Origin: the human T2T-CHM13v2.0 reference genome, Homo sapiens
Assembly: GCF_009914755.1 (NCBI RefSeq)
Contig: NC_060938.1
Strand: one strand, 5' to 3'
Length of the DNA stretch: 64,000 bases
Numbering within the stretch: position 1 is the first letter of the stretch; each line of letters opens with the position of its first letter. A model generated the notes under the pieces. That model was not told the DNA's origin, did no database searches, and worked only from the letters and a program-made list of their open reading frames with translations. Shown in pieces: positions 25,183-38,168 of the stretch. A program made the position numbers and the translations under genes.

Positions 25183-26829
25183 TGGCTGAAAATTTGACCT
25201 GCAAAAATTGCAGTTTCGTAGGAATAGCTTTATTTTGTAGTCAGCCTCTTTGGTTGGATGTTGGAAATTGTAAGTTTATTTGCTGTAGTTGGTACCACAC
25301 CTTTCATCACATGATAGATTGAGACTGAACAGTCACTTTGACCTTTCAGGAGGAATGGTACCTTCTAGAAAGGACAGAACTGAGAAACAGAGTGTCTCAG
25401 TGGGTTGCAGTTTTTCCAGGTCAGGCTGAGTGAACAGGCTCAGGGCTGCCCTTCTCTGGGCTCTCAAAGGACTCATTTCTGAAGGAAAACCCACTGCATG
25501 CCTGGACCAGGCCAGGCTCCCTGGATAGTTGCTGAGGTAGAACTATGCCAATAGCCCCCCATTTTTTTTTTGGTTAAAAAAAATGACCTAAGTTAGGCCA
25601 AATAAAAATCTAAGGGAGGGCAGTGAGGTAAAGAGGAATGGAAGCATCTGGGGAGAAGGGTAAATTTTGCAGGCCTAACACATGACCTTCCTTCTAGATT
25701 CCTGCTCTAACACTGGCCCAAGGGGCAACCATTCCTGAGAATCTTCCTGGTCTCTAAAGAAGCACTGGGACAGGTTAGGGGATAGCAAGGGAGAGAGGAA
25801 GGAAGAGAGGCCCCAGGAAGGAGAACTATCCACCTGAGGATGAAGCCACCCCTTGCTCTTTCCATGGCCCCCAGGCCCTAAAACCACAGGTTCTGATGAG
25901 CATGATTGCTCTGTCAACACAGTGAACACTACCACCTGCTTTTCCCTAACTCCCTCTTTAAGGATTTAGTCTCAGGAGACTCCCCGAAGTCTGTTGATGT
26001 TGCCTTCATTTTGCAAAAAGAGGACTAAGGGGGTTAAGCACTAGAGACTTCACCCAGCCTGCCAGTGCCAGGGCCAGGATCGGAGTTCTCTGTCCTGCCC
26101 ACAGTTCTCTGAAAGATCTCCCTGCAGCTGCTGCGGCTCAGCCACACCCCACTCCTGCACTTTGTCTATCAGAGCAAGCCAAGCTCCAACAGGCAAATCA
26201 CGATGAGGCCTTTGTAGGACAAGGTCTTAAGGAAGGGTACCCTTGAGGCACGGGGGAGTAGCAATGTCCCAAGTGGGTTCCAGAAGCTGAAAAGACAACC
26301 AGGTTGGCTCAGATTTCAGACTCTGTGGTTTATGCCTTAGGTGTATCATTTAGTTGGAAAAAAAGAGGCACTGTCTACCAGGAGCAGCCTTCTTTATTGA
26401 TACCATTTTTCTTGTGCTTGCTTTCACAGCCAGGCCCCAGGGCAGAAGGGAAGCCCCATTTCCCGTGGGCCATCAGTCACCCAACAATGGCAGTGTGCTG
26501 CCAGGCTGGGTCTGAGAGCGCCACTGGGGAGACAATGTCTTTGGTAGGCAGCCTAGAAGCTAAGGTGTGATTGGGGCAGAGCGCAAAACGGACACCAATG
26601 TGATCACACCTGTGGGAATGGACCAAACTTCACTACCCACAGTGTCATCAACCAAGAGACAGGGCAGTTCTGAGATGTGTTGAATATGAACTGGGCAGAG
26701 CTCTGTCACAAGCATATGAGTTTCCCCCTCTTGTCTCCGCTTCCAGCAGAAGGAAAATGTTATTGCCTGATTATTATATGCCACACAATCACACCAAGAT
26801 GTACAAGGCCTTGTGCTAATCACAGCTAA

Positions 26830-27260
26830 CAGAGTGCTTGCTAAATATCGGTGCCATTCTAAACCCTTTACATAGATTGACTCACTAATCTTTGTGATGA
26901 CCAAAATGAAGGAAGTATGCTATTATTCCCATGAAAGAGGACAATGAGACAGAGAAACTAAATAACTTGCCCTACATCATGCACACAGTAAGTGGTGGAG
27001 CCAGGATTCAAACCCTGGCCATCTGGCTCCAGAGCCTGTGCTCTTAGACACTTCATCCTGCTGTTTCTCTAGGTATGTAGTATAAGCTCATGTATCCTTA
27101 AAAGCTGCACCTACTATGCACTATTATTATCACCATTTTACTGATAAGAAAACTAAGTCATAGAGGAATTAAACAAAATTATACAGCTGGCAAGAGGCAG
27201 AGCCAGAATTTGAATCCACGCAGCTGGACCCCTGAATCCCAGCTGTAATCATGGTACTCT
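26830..27260 (-). mobile_element. Two MIR fragments
   Basis: taacttgccc...gtaagtggtggagccaggattcaaaccc; ccattttactgataagaaaactaag...ggcagagccagaatttgaatcca. Confidence 0.75.
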
Positions 27261-27959
27261 CTATCACCTCCCTTTAACAGGGCAGTTTTCGAAAGCTCTC
27301 TCACTAGATTTGACAAAATTCCTACTGGACATTGGGGACACTACTCTGGCTTTGTGACTGGCCCCAGAGCCCAGCGAGCAGCCTGCCTGCTCTCCTAGAA
27401 GCAGATTGAAGGGGCTTCTCCCTCTCTGCCACTGTTCCCCTGTTCCATGGATCCCTTCAGGTGCTAGTGGATTCATTGCCACCAGCCTCTGACAAGCAAG
27501 GCAACAGCAGTCTTGATTCTGCCCAGGTCACCTAGGTTTGTCTATCTGGAGCTTCTAGCCCCAGGAAAGAGTCCCTTTTCCTTAGCTAGATTACTCCAAT
27601 TTCCTTAGAAGTATAAGTATTTGTTTTATGGGCCATAAAGGCAGAGGGTGATCTTCCACTGTGTATCAGGCCCCCAGACCCCCCAACAGACTGACTGCTC
27701 AGGAAATTGGGGAGTTCATGGCCCACGGCTGGCATTCACAGGGCATTATCCCATCTGAGAGCTTACTTCTTTAAGTAATGGCTTTGGTAAATTTTTCTCC
27801 TTTCTGCCTTATTGATCACGTACCCGGAGTCCTTGTAAAATAGGCTCTGGCCTTTGTCTTAGAAATTTTTTGTTCTTGCTCTATTGGGCAGTTGGGCAGT
27901 TGAACTTTATCAACTGGGTTCAACTCCATGAGACCAGCTTCAAAGTGCCTGGTGCTTAT

Positions 27960-28995
27960 TCCATGTCTTCCATTCATCCCTCCAGATCGCCCCTTCACAT
28001 TTCTCCAACCTGGCATGTCCCAGGGGGCTGGCCTATAAGGACAACATCAACAGCTTCCTTGTCCGCTGGCTTTGGTTGGGTTCATCCAATGGAGGTCACT
28101 AGTAGTAAATAAGTAGGCAGGAGGAGAGAGGGGCCAGGCTGTTTGTCCTCCTGGCTTCCTTCTCGCCACAGTATAGGTTATCTGTGTCCCTTTACTGAGG
28201 CCACAACTCCTGTATTCCAGCATCCATTGGTAGGCAACAAACTACCTCCAGTACTTAACAGTTTAAAACAACAATGATCACTTATTTTACGGATGAACCT
28301 ACTCTTTGGGCAGGGTTTGGTGGAGTGACTCATCTCTGCTCCATGTGGCAGCTTGATTGGAGCTGGAGAATCCACATCTGAGATGGCTTATGCACATGGC
28401 TAGCCAGTTGATGATGACTGCAACCAGCATCAACTGGGAGCTCTGTCAAGGCTGTCAGCAGAGGCCTTCAGTTCTCCTCCAGGTAGGCTTCTCCTTGAGG
28501 CTCAAAAGGTTTCCTCTCAGCAAGGTGGTTGTATCCAAGAGCAAGTGGTCTTCTAAGAAGAAAGAAAATGGAAGCTTCCAAGAAAGGAAATGGAAGCTGC
28601 CAATCTCTGAAGGCCTGGGCCTACAAACTAGAACATCATGTCTGTCACATTCTGTTGATCAAAGTAGTCACGAGGCCCCTCTGATTCAAGGCAGGAGAAC
28701 ACAGACCTCAATCTCAAAGGAATATCAAAGAACTTCAAACTATCTTTAATCCACTGTGCCTTGTAAGTAGCCTCGCCTGCAGCTAACCTCTGCAGATTCT
28801 AGTAATTGCTGTCCCTCCTTGCTCCATCCAGCCTGGGGCATGGCAGAACCATGCTAGTGCTAGTCCAAAGTACTATACTGTCCTTGGTGTGATTTCTCTA
28901 AGCCCGATCACACGGTTATAGCAGTCTCTTTATTAAACTCCCCTCAAAATATCCAACTTAAGCATACTCGGATATTTGCCAGGGCCCTGGCAACA
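27960..28995 (+). mobile_element. LTR33-like ERVL LTR interrupted by MLT1
   Basis: gggttcatccaatggaggtcac...gggccacaactcc; resumes ...ctttattaaactcccctcaaaa...gccagggccctg. Confidence 0.55.
28211..28758 (-). mobile_element. MLT1G/H-like LTR
   Basis: caacaaactacc...tttaaaacaacaatg...ctggagaatccacatctgagatggc...cacattctgttgatcaaagtagtcac. Confidence 0.7.
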
Positions 28996-29859
28996 TTTCT
29001 ATACCAAGTTCCTGCTTACCACCACAGGAATACTCCACGAGACCACCCTTCTCAAAATCTCTCCTTCCAACTCCCATCTGCTGTCAAACTCCCACACCCC
29101 AATACCCATTCAACTTCACCTGTCACTTTCCTTCTGGCCTTTGGAATGCCTCTACTCAGCACAACTGGTTAATTTATCAAAATAATTCATGCTACCATGC
29201 TCATGGTAATGACTTCACACATGGAAGTAAGAATAGCCGAGCCAGATACATCTCCCACAACATGTCATTGAGGCATCCTGGTAAATGGGGTGGGAACTGG
29301 GTAAAAGCAGCACTTTACCCAGGAAAATGTTTTATTATAGAGTTTTTCAAGAATCAAAACCTTAACCCAAAGAGAAATTCCTAAACACAATAATTTCCAA
29401 CCCTCCAAGCAGGCTAATAAGAGAGTAGTTGGGGTCAAGCTGGGCTTTCTGATCCCCTCAAATCATACAGATCTTTTTGCTCTCAGCCTCTCCGAGATTT
29501 TTGCCTTGACCTGAGATCCCCATGCAGAGATTGAAGTTCTATTTTTCTTACTTTGGCTAGTCCCTGATGACCCTCATGCTTTCAATGGGGGAACTGTGAC
29601 TGATAAATCCCGAGCCAGAGCCAAAGGGCATATTGACTGCCCCAACGCCTCCTTTCATCCAAAGACTAATGCATTCCCAGCAAGTGAAGAGGAACAAAGC
29701 TTGCATTTCTGACACTGCCAAAGATAGCATTCTCTGGATTCTTATCTGGAATGCTGATAATTGTGGTATCTGTCACATACTTAATCAGCAGAGTCAGGAA
29801 AGGCAGCACTCAACTACTTCCGAAGCACTTTTTCAATTTCTCACACTTCCAGAACTTCT

Positions 29860-30100
29860 TTTCATTCATTAATTAATCAATTAAAAAATACTTATTTGAA
29901 TACCCACTATAGGTGGCAGGCAGTGTATGAGGTACTGGGAATCAATGATGAGTAAAAGCAGACATGGATTGGAAGATATAGACAGTAATCAAGAATCACA
30001 CAAATAAAAGTGAAATTAAAACTTACAATATGAGCTACCTGGTAGTATGAATGGTGTATATCAAAGAGAATTGTCGTAATAAAGAAGGTCAGGGATAGGT
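29860..30100 (-). mobile_element. L2 3' fragment
   Basis: ttcattcattaattaatcaa...cactataggtggcaggcagtgt. Confidence 0.55.
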
Positions 30101-30679
30101 GGCTGGCTGTCACCCTTAAGTCCCACTGATGTTCCTGCCCTCTACCAAGCTCATCCCTACCCTGGGATAACCATGAAGCATTGAAATACAAGTGTGAGTC
30201 CCTGTGTTTGTAGACCTAAGCAGCTCATTGCTAAGGAATCCTACCTGGAGCAGCCCTATCAGCTCCCTAGTCCAACCCACCCACCATACAGGACATCAGG
30301 AGCTATGGGACACCATCCCCATTAATGGGAGAGGTCTGGAGTGAGTCTGGAGGCCTCTTGTAAAGCAGCATGAACCTTGTTTCCAAGTGGCATGGTCAGG
30401 TCTGCTGCAACACACACCTGCCCAAGGACTCTCCACCAGCTCATGTGCTGCTTCCCAGGGGGACACAGGAGCCATCCATGCTGGGGCAGTTCCCACCCCA
30501 TTTACCAGGATGCCTCAACGACATGTTGCGGGAGATGTATCTGGCTTGGCTGTTCTTACTTCCAGGTTTTTAGAGAGCTGGTCTTTACACCTTCCCTTAG
30601 TCCTTGTGTTACAGGATTCTATCAGGCCTTCTCTACCCATGTCCCTGGCACTATCCTGATATTTATTCTTAGTTGTTTC

Positions 30680-30865
30680 TCCTAAATGCTGGTTTTGCCA
30701 CTTATCAGCTATGTGCACTTGGGCAATATATTAAAACAACCTCTGTTTCTTCATCTACAAAAAAATGGGATAATAATTTCCACCTTCTAAGAATAAATAA
30801 CAGCCACCTTAGTACAGTGCCAGGAGCCCAGAAACTGCTCCACGAAGGTCAGTTTTCTTTTTATT
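30680..30865 (+). mobile_element. MIR
   Basis: gccacttatcagctatgtg...tctgtttcttcatctaca...cttagtacagtgccagg. Confidence 0.65.
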
Positions 30866-31699
30866 ACTACAAATCTATGGCGCAAAACCTCCAAGTCCAT
30901 ACTCAGTCATCCACCCCAAGATGAAAGCAAAAGTGCAGATAATGTAACAACATGCTCCGTTTGCTGAAATAGAACATTCCAGACTGCAGCCTGAACCATC
31001 TGGAGGCAGAGAAGCCAGACCCACAGAGAGCACCAAGGATAGGGGCTGAGCTACACTTTCACATGCAGTAAACGTTTGAGGAGTGGGAGAGGGGCTTTTC
31101 CAGGTCTAAGGGAGTCTTTCAGTCCAGAGTGTGGATATTAGAAAGGTTCCACATAAAGAGATGGCCTACTGCCCTAAAATACTGCACTGACCTGGCTCGC
31201 CCCCAGCCTTATTCTGTGAGGCCAGAGGAGGAAGCAGTAACTGACAGGAACTCTATACTCTTCTGGAAAGAACAAGCTCTTCTATGAAAGCTTCAGATGT
31301 CACCAGCAATTCCAACAAATGAATCCTGATGACCCTTCTAAGCTGAGTTGTGAATTTAACAGACTCCCTCTGCCTGGATTGGAATGAGGCAGTGAGACAA
31401 ACCTACATGGAGGTTCAGCACAGCCGTACAAGCCTCTAGAGTGTCTGCATAAATGCATGCAATTCTGCACGCCCAGAGGACAAGGCTGCTTCTCCTTGGG
31501 TGACCTTGCTGGCAGCAGTGGCTTTGTTAGTGTGTGGACTTTCATCATATTCAAAAGATTCTACATTTAAGAGGAGGTAAGCTGGAGAAAAAAGAATTAG
31601 GAAAGGTCTATTGGGGTAGCATATGCCTTCAACCGAATTGTCACCCCAGGGCCTTTTTCTCATATACAAGCTTTTCCAAAAGCAAGGGTTTATCACAAT

Positions 31700-31905
31700 A
31701 ATAGCAATAATGATCACTCTTTACTGAAAGCTGACCATGCACCTGGACGCTACTGAGCACTTTACATGAGTTGTTTAGTTCAATCCTCACAACCGCTCCA
31801 TGAGTTAAGTACTATTACCTCCATTTTACAAATGAGGAAACTGAGGCACAGAGACAACAAGTCACCAGCCCTAGGTCACGATAGTTAATAAGTGGTAAAG
31901 CTGCA
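31700..31905 (-). mobile_element. MIR
   Basis: caatcctcacaacc...ccattttacaaatgaggaaactgaggcacagaga. Confidence 0.8.
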
Positions 31906-32197
31906 GTTCTCAGTTTGTGAAGAGTAGGGAAGAAAAGCACAGCATCTTAGAATTAGAGTCCCTTCAGGATAAGGGCTTTTAAGTTACAGACTCTGAGGAA
32001 CAGAAAGGATCTTGAAGGTAACCCAGTCATTCACTTCGGGCTTCTCTCTCTCCTCTTCACCAGGAGCTGGAAGAAGGCATCCCTGGGCCCTCAGTGAAAC
32101 ATCACCTCTTCCCCACGAGTATTTGGCACACACTGTAAACTATGCCAGAGAGAATTAGGGAACTTCTCTTATCCCACTTCTTATTTAAGATCAGAGC

Positions 32198-32342
32198 CAG
32201 GACTGCCTTCATGAGCATGGGAACTGTGAGCCACACAGAGACCCTTGTTCTGTTGTTGTCTTGAAATTCTTAATTTCTTTAAAATAAGGAGCCCTGCATT
32301 TTCATTTTGCAGTGAGCCCCACAAATTAGACAGGTGGTCCTG
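32198..32342. mobile_element. MER53-like hAT MITE
   Basis: caggactgccttcatg...gtcttgaaattcttaa...gcattttcattttgca...ggtggtcctg with inverted ends. Confidence 0.7.
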
Positions 32343-33809
32343 GATTCGATCTTTAGGGCTAGGGCAGGGGGAGGCAGCCAAAAAACTCAACAGCCAGTGT
32401 CTTTGCCTTGTAGACTCTTCTAAGTAGTGCATTGCCCACTTAGAACACCACACATGATGGAGTCCCTAAGAGCACTGACAAGCCCCTTTTTCAACAAAGG
32501 CAGATGAAACAGTTATTTGAAATTTGTCAGTATAGAAGTTCACTGGTAAATGTGTCTTTTCAAAAAATTAACCGTATAGCACCTGGTACCAACTACTAAA
32601 ACTGGCCACTACACATCCCAGGTTTTACTCCTGTTCATAAAAATCACAAAGAGACTGCTACCCTTTTCTTATCATTGCTGAGCTCAGGAATGTTAAGTGC
32701 ACGATCATTCCAATTATCACATTTTACTCCAATTTCCACAGCAATACAGGGGATCATAAGGAAGAAAAGGAGCACTGTTTGCTGTCCAATTACGTGGAGC
32801 ATGTAGGAACAGGATTGCACGTCCTGATAGCAAAAACACTTGTGTTTATCATACCCTATGCTTCAGGGCATGCTTTAGTTTACGGTGTTTAAGGATCCAA
32901 ATGCCTGAATAAAGAGCCACCAGCCTTGATATAAGCATTTGCTTTTGCCTAAAGACAGGAGGGAAAATTCTCAAGTAGAGAATCTGTGTTGGTGGAGAAG
33001 TAGGCTGCTCCAAATCTTAATTTCATGGCACTTATATAGGTGATAGCAGCCCTAGTAGATGTAAAAGACTAAACTACATAAAAATTAAGCAGCGTTACCA
33101 AAGTTTAAGAAAGGAGCAAATTTTTGGCATGTGGGTCTATTACACACCCACATTTTACCTCCTTGTTCCAAAGACTAGAGATTTTCCCCCTCTGGGTTTG
33201 GTGCTGGAATAGCTGAACCAAGTCATGTTCATTCCAAGGCATCTTCACTCATTCATTCAGAAGGTCAGGTCAAAACGTGTGGTTACCTTGAATAGGCTAA
33301 TAGTTTAGAATCTCTTACACCAATATTCTTTTAGTATTTGTTCAACATTTGTTTAGCAGGGGTGAGAAAAGCTGATTTTATAGTATAAAAGATGAATTAC
33401 GTATTTGTTTATAACTCACATGTCAGCTATCCTCTCATCCTGTAAGTATTTTCAAAGCAAAACTCCACTTGTGTAAGTGAGCAATGTAATTTACTGACAC
33501 ATTTGAAATGGTGATATAGAAAGGTATTTATATTGAACAACAGACAGTATTTTACTTGAAAAATACCTCCTAGATTTGTCTCTCCTATCAAATGGCTCTT
33601 CTTGGCCTTGCAGCTACCAAACATTTCCTGTCTCTATGTTTCTCTCTCTCCTCTTTCTTTTCACTTCCCACCCACTGTCCGCCCCACTGCTGTAGTTACT
33701 ACCCATTTGAATGTTTTCCATCAACTACTGATGAATATTTATTTTCTTTAATTATTTGTGAAGTCCTATTACTGAAGATGAAGGTTTTGATTCGGCACCT
33801 ATACATTAG

Positions 33810-34300
33810 CTAACGTGTTTCAGAATGCTCATAGCAATACTTCTCATAAAAGCACAAAACTGGACACAAACCAAAGGCCCATCGACAGGATAAATTATGG
33901 TGCATTCACTCTGCAGAGAATTATACAATAGTGAAAATGAATGACTTCAGTCAAAGGCAACAATGTGGATGAATCAGAGGTGATATGATGCTGAAAGGCA
34001 AAAGTAAGTCTTGGAAGACCATATACAGCATAATACTCTATGAATAAAGAACAAACACTACAAAAACTGAGCTTTATGAAGGCATATATAGAGAGCAGTG
34101 ATAAACCTTTTACACAGGAAAGGAATAATAAAGACAAACTTCAGGTTAATGGTTGCAGAATGTGAAGGAGACAGCAGTAAAGAATGGGAGAAGAACACAC
34201 AGGTCAAATTATTATTGTCAGTGTTCTCATCTTTGGGTTGTGAGAGGGTTCCGAGGTATTGATTATGTAATAATACATCAAATAAAAGAGGGCCATATTT
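33810..34300 (+). mobile_element. L1ME-like 3' fragment
   Basis: gaatgctcatagca...aaaactgga...caacaatgtggatgaatc. Confidence 0.65.
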
Positions 34301-34443
34301 GAGCCAGTGATAAATCAGAGAGTATAGTTAACCCAATTCTGGGCATCTAAGAAGTATTTTTTAAAAGGTTCTTTTTGTGCTTCATAAAACTTCTAATAAG
34401 AAGAATTCATTCTTCTTTGAAGGCAGAAGGTGGTTAGAAATAA

Positions 34444-34785
<342 letters not shown>

Positions 34786-35095
34786 ACAAATCTTTATTTT
34801 CTATCAAATGTTCAAATTCTATATGATAAATATTAAAGTTACCAAATGAAAACATCTACTGACATTTTGCCAGTGACATGAGTTATCTGTAAAAAACCTA
34901 AGTTAACTGGCACTATATTCTTAATTTAGGTTAGCCTCCTGGGCAACTAATCCCCCTCCACTGAACCAGACTGCGTTTCTTTATTCACACATTCCTTCCT
35001 TTATTTACTCAATTGGCAGACATTTACAGATTATCTATGTACCTGGACTTGTGTTAGGTTCTAAGGCTATAAAGATGATTAAGAAAGAAGCTCTA

Positions 35096-35394
<299 letters not shown>

Positions 35395-37089
35395 AGAAAG
35401 AACCTCTATCCTCAGGAGTTGATGGTACAGCTGGAGAAACACACATGGAAACCGAAAGTGGTAGTTTGGCAAACTTGAGAGCTATGAACAAAGAGCTATG
35501 GGAGCCCAGAAGAAGGCTAGCAGAAGAGAGGGAAGGAGGGAGAACCTTGGTTGAATACCGCATATGATGCAGATCTGCTAGAAGTTCTACATGTCTTAAC
35601 AGGGGTTTGACCCTCACAACAACCCTATGAAGGAGGTACCATTGTCTCTGTTTTCCTGATGGGGAAACTGAAGTTTAACTATGAAGTGGCTGACACTGAT
35701 GAGATGGGGGCATTTCATGGAAGTCTTAACAGATGCCGACTTTCTCAGGTGCAGTGGTGGGATGGGCAGACCAGGCAGATGAAACAGGTATGGAGGTGTA
35801 GAACCACAAAGGAGTTTGTTAACATCAAAGGAAAAACATACAAAGAAGTTCTAGACATTTACAGATGTATAACCACTGAAGCCTATTTTCAAGACATCCT
35901 TGCTCCCCAGAACTCAAAAGTCTTTTCCAAAGATGAACTCCCCAATATCCCATGTGTAGGACACTAACATATGCTCTAGGTAGAAAAGAAGGCACCTCCA
36001 GGGAAAAAAAAATGTGTTTAAGATAAACCTGCTCCTTTGCCCTCACCCTTTTATTATTTATATTCACTCACTCATCTTCTTATCTTTGAGAGTCTTCCAC
36101 GTATTAGTGGAATTAGTGGGTCTTTGGTGAAACCAGCGAGGATGACTGGGAAGCAGAGGAAAAGTGGCAGACTCTTGGTGAGCACAAGGCCTCATGGTGA
36201 GCACAGACCAGCAACCCCAGGGTAAAGACGGGCCTACAGATCCTGTACCATCCTCCTCTCTGCCGTCTTTTCCATACCTACTCTCAACCCACACAGATAC
36301 AGTCATCAAGACAACCTGCCTCCCCAAAGTCTCATATGCCCCCAGAAAAGCCTGACTCTGACACCGTCTCTCAGTGTAACTGAGAAGGGAGGTTCCTCAT
36401 CCCATAGTCACCCAGACCTCCTCCATCACAGACTCAAGACCCCAGGGCAAACTTTGAAGTTGTTCAAAGTTAGGATGAAGGATCTTCTCAGATAGGTCAC
36501 CTTTATCTAGAATCTTCAGTGGAAGGGCCTCTTGGGATAGAAGACCATGGGTTCTGGAAACAGAATAAGCAGAGTTAGACCCTGCTGGCACTCTATGGGC
36601 ACCAGGGAATAAAACCCCCAAATGCTTGTAGGAGAAAGGGAGAGAAGAGAATCATGTGTAAGAAGCTAAGGAAAACTTCCTGCTAACAGACACATGGCGG
36701 TAAACAGCAGACACTGTTAGCTAATACCCCCCTCCTCCTTTCTCTTCCAGAACTCTCCTGAAAGATCTCCTGGGTTGTGCAGAATGTGGATAGTGATAGT
36801 TTCTTGCTCCAATTTACTCCTCGCACAATCTCTTCTCCTATCTGTAGGCAAGGCTAATTCTTGAGTGGCTTTGATTGAAAACCAACTGTGATGATTTTAA
36901 AAAACCACAAATCAGGCCTGACAAGGATTGCACATTAAGAAAATATTTGAATATCTTCCAATGAGACCCACAAAGCCTCTCCATCGTGTCATTTGTACTT
37001 AATGGGTGCTGCCCCAGACTTCAAATATTTCAATATGCCTTTCAAGTCAGTTTCCTGTCTGCCTACTCCCCGTGTTGAACCACCCCTGT

Positions 37090-37449
37090 TGATATGGTTT
37101 GACTGTGTCCCCACTCAAATCTCATCTTAAGGTGTGGCTTTCATAATTCCCATGTGTTGTGGGAGGGACCCAGTGGGAAATAACTGAATCATGGGGCAGC
37201 TTCCCCCATACTGTTCTCATAGTGATTAAGTCTCATGAAATCTGATGGTTTTATAAAGGGCTCCCGCTTTCACTTGGCTCTCATTCTCTCTCTTACCTGC
37301 TGCCATGTAAGACGTGCCTTTCGCCTTCTGCTGTGATTGTGAGGCTTCCCCAGCCATATGGAACTGTGAGTCCATTAAACCCCCTTTTCTTTATAATTTC
37401 CCCAGTCTCAGGTATGTCTTTATCACCAGTGTGAAAACAGACTAACACA
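37090..37449 (+). mobile_element. THE1B/C solo LTR, complete
   Basis: tgatatggtttg...gactaacaca; perfect TSD cctgt at 37085-37089 and 37450-37454. Confidence 0.93.
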
Positions 37450-37639
37450 CCTGTTACCATACATACATTGTTACCACCATGGCTGATTCCCCAAACAGTA
37501 CCCACTCTCTCCATCCTCATGTTCTAGTTGAAGGTACAGGAACATATAAACAGGGATTACAGCAAAACAGTAACAGTAACACAAGCCTATATGATGAAGC
37601 ATGAATGTCCAAAGAGTATTGCAGATAGAAAGTGCTTAA

Positions 37640-37826
37640 GAAAAAAGGAGGGAGGGAGGAAAGGAGGGGGGCAAGGGCTGGAAAACTTTCTGTCAGGTAC
37701 TATGTTCACTATCCGGGTGACAGGATCCATAGAAGCCCAAACCTCAGCACCACACGATATACTCTTATAACACACCTGCACATGTATCCCCTGAATCTAA
37801 AATAAAAATGGAAATTTTTTAAAAAA
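37640..37826 (+). mobile_element. L1PB4/L1PA16-like 3' end
   Basis: gcaagggctggaaaact...gtactatgttcact...cacctgcacatgtatcccctgaatctaaaataaaa. Confidence 0.85.
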
Positions 37827-38004
37827 GAGAGAGAGCACTGGAGGAATCTAGAGGGGACAGAGAACTTCAATCAGAGGCAAGCAGACCAGGAGCAGCATTA
37901 GAGGTAGAGGTGAGTAGCTAGAATTGTGAGGCACAAGGCAGGTCTGCCCAGGGGAAAGTGAATTTCTCTGTCCAAACTATCCGAAAGAGAAAGCCTCAAG
38001 GCAG

Positions 38005-38168
38005 CAGTGTGCTGGTAAATGTTTAACAACCGGCTCTGATTTGTAGACTTTGACAATTTCCATCATATAAATACTCCCTCCATGGCCAGTTTCAACCTAC
38101 CAACATGATATCAGTGCACAAAACTGGCTCTCCTGAATAGGTACAAATTGGCTCAAGCAGATCATGGG
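38005..38168. mobile_element. MER63-like hAT element
   Basis: cagtgtgctggtaaatgtttaacaaccggctct...catggccagtttcaacctaccaacatg. Confidence 0.75.
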
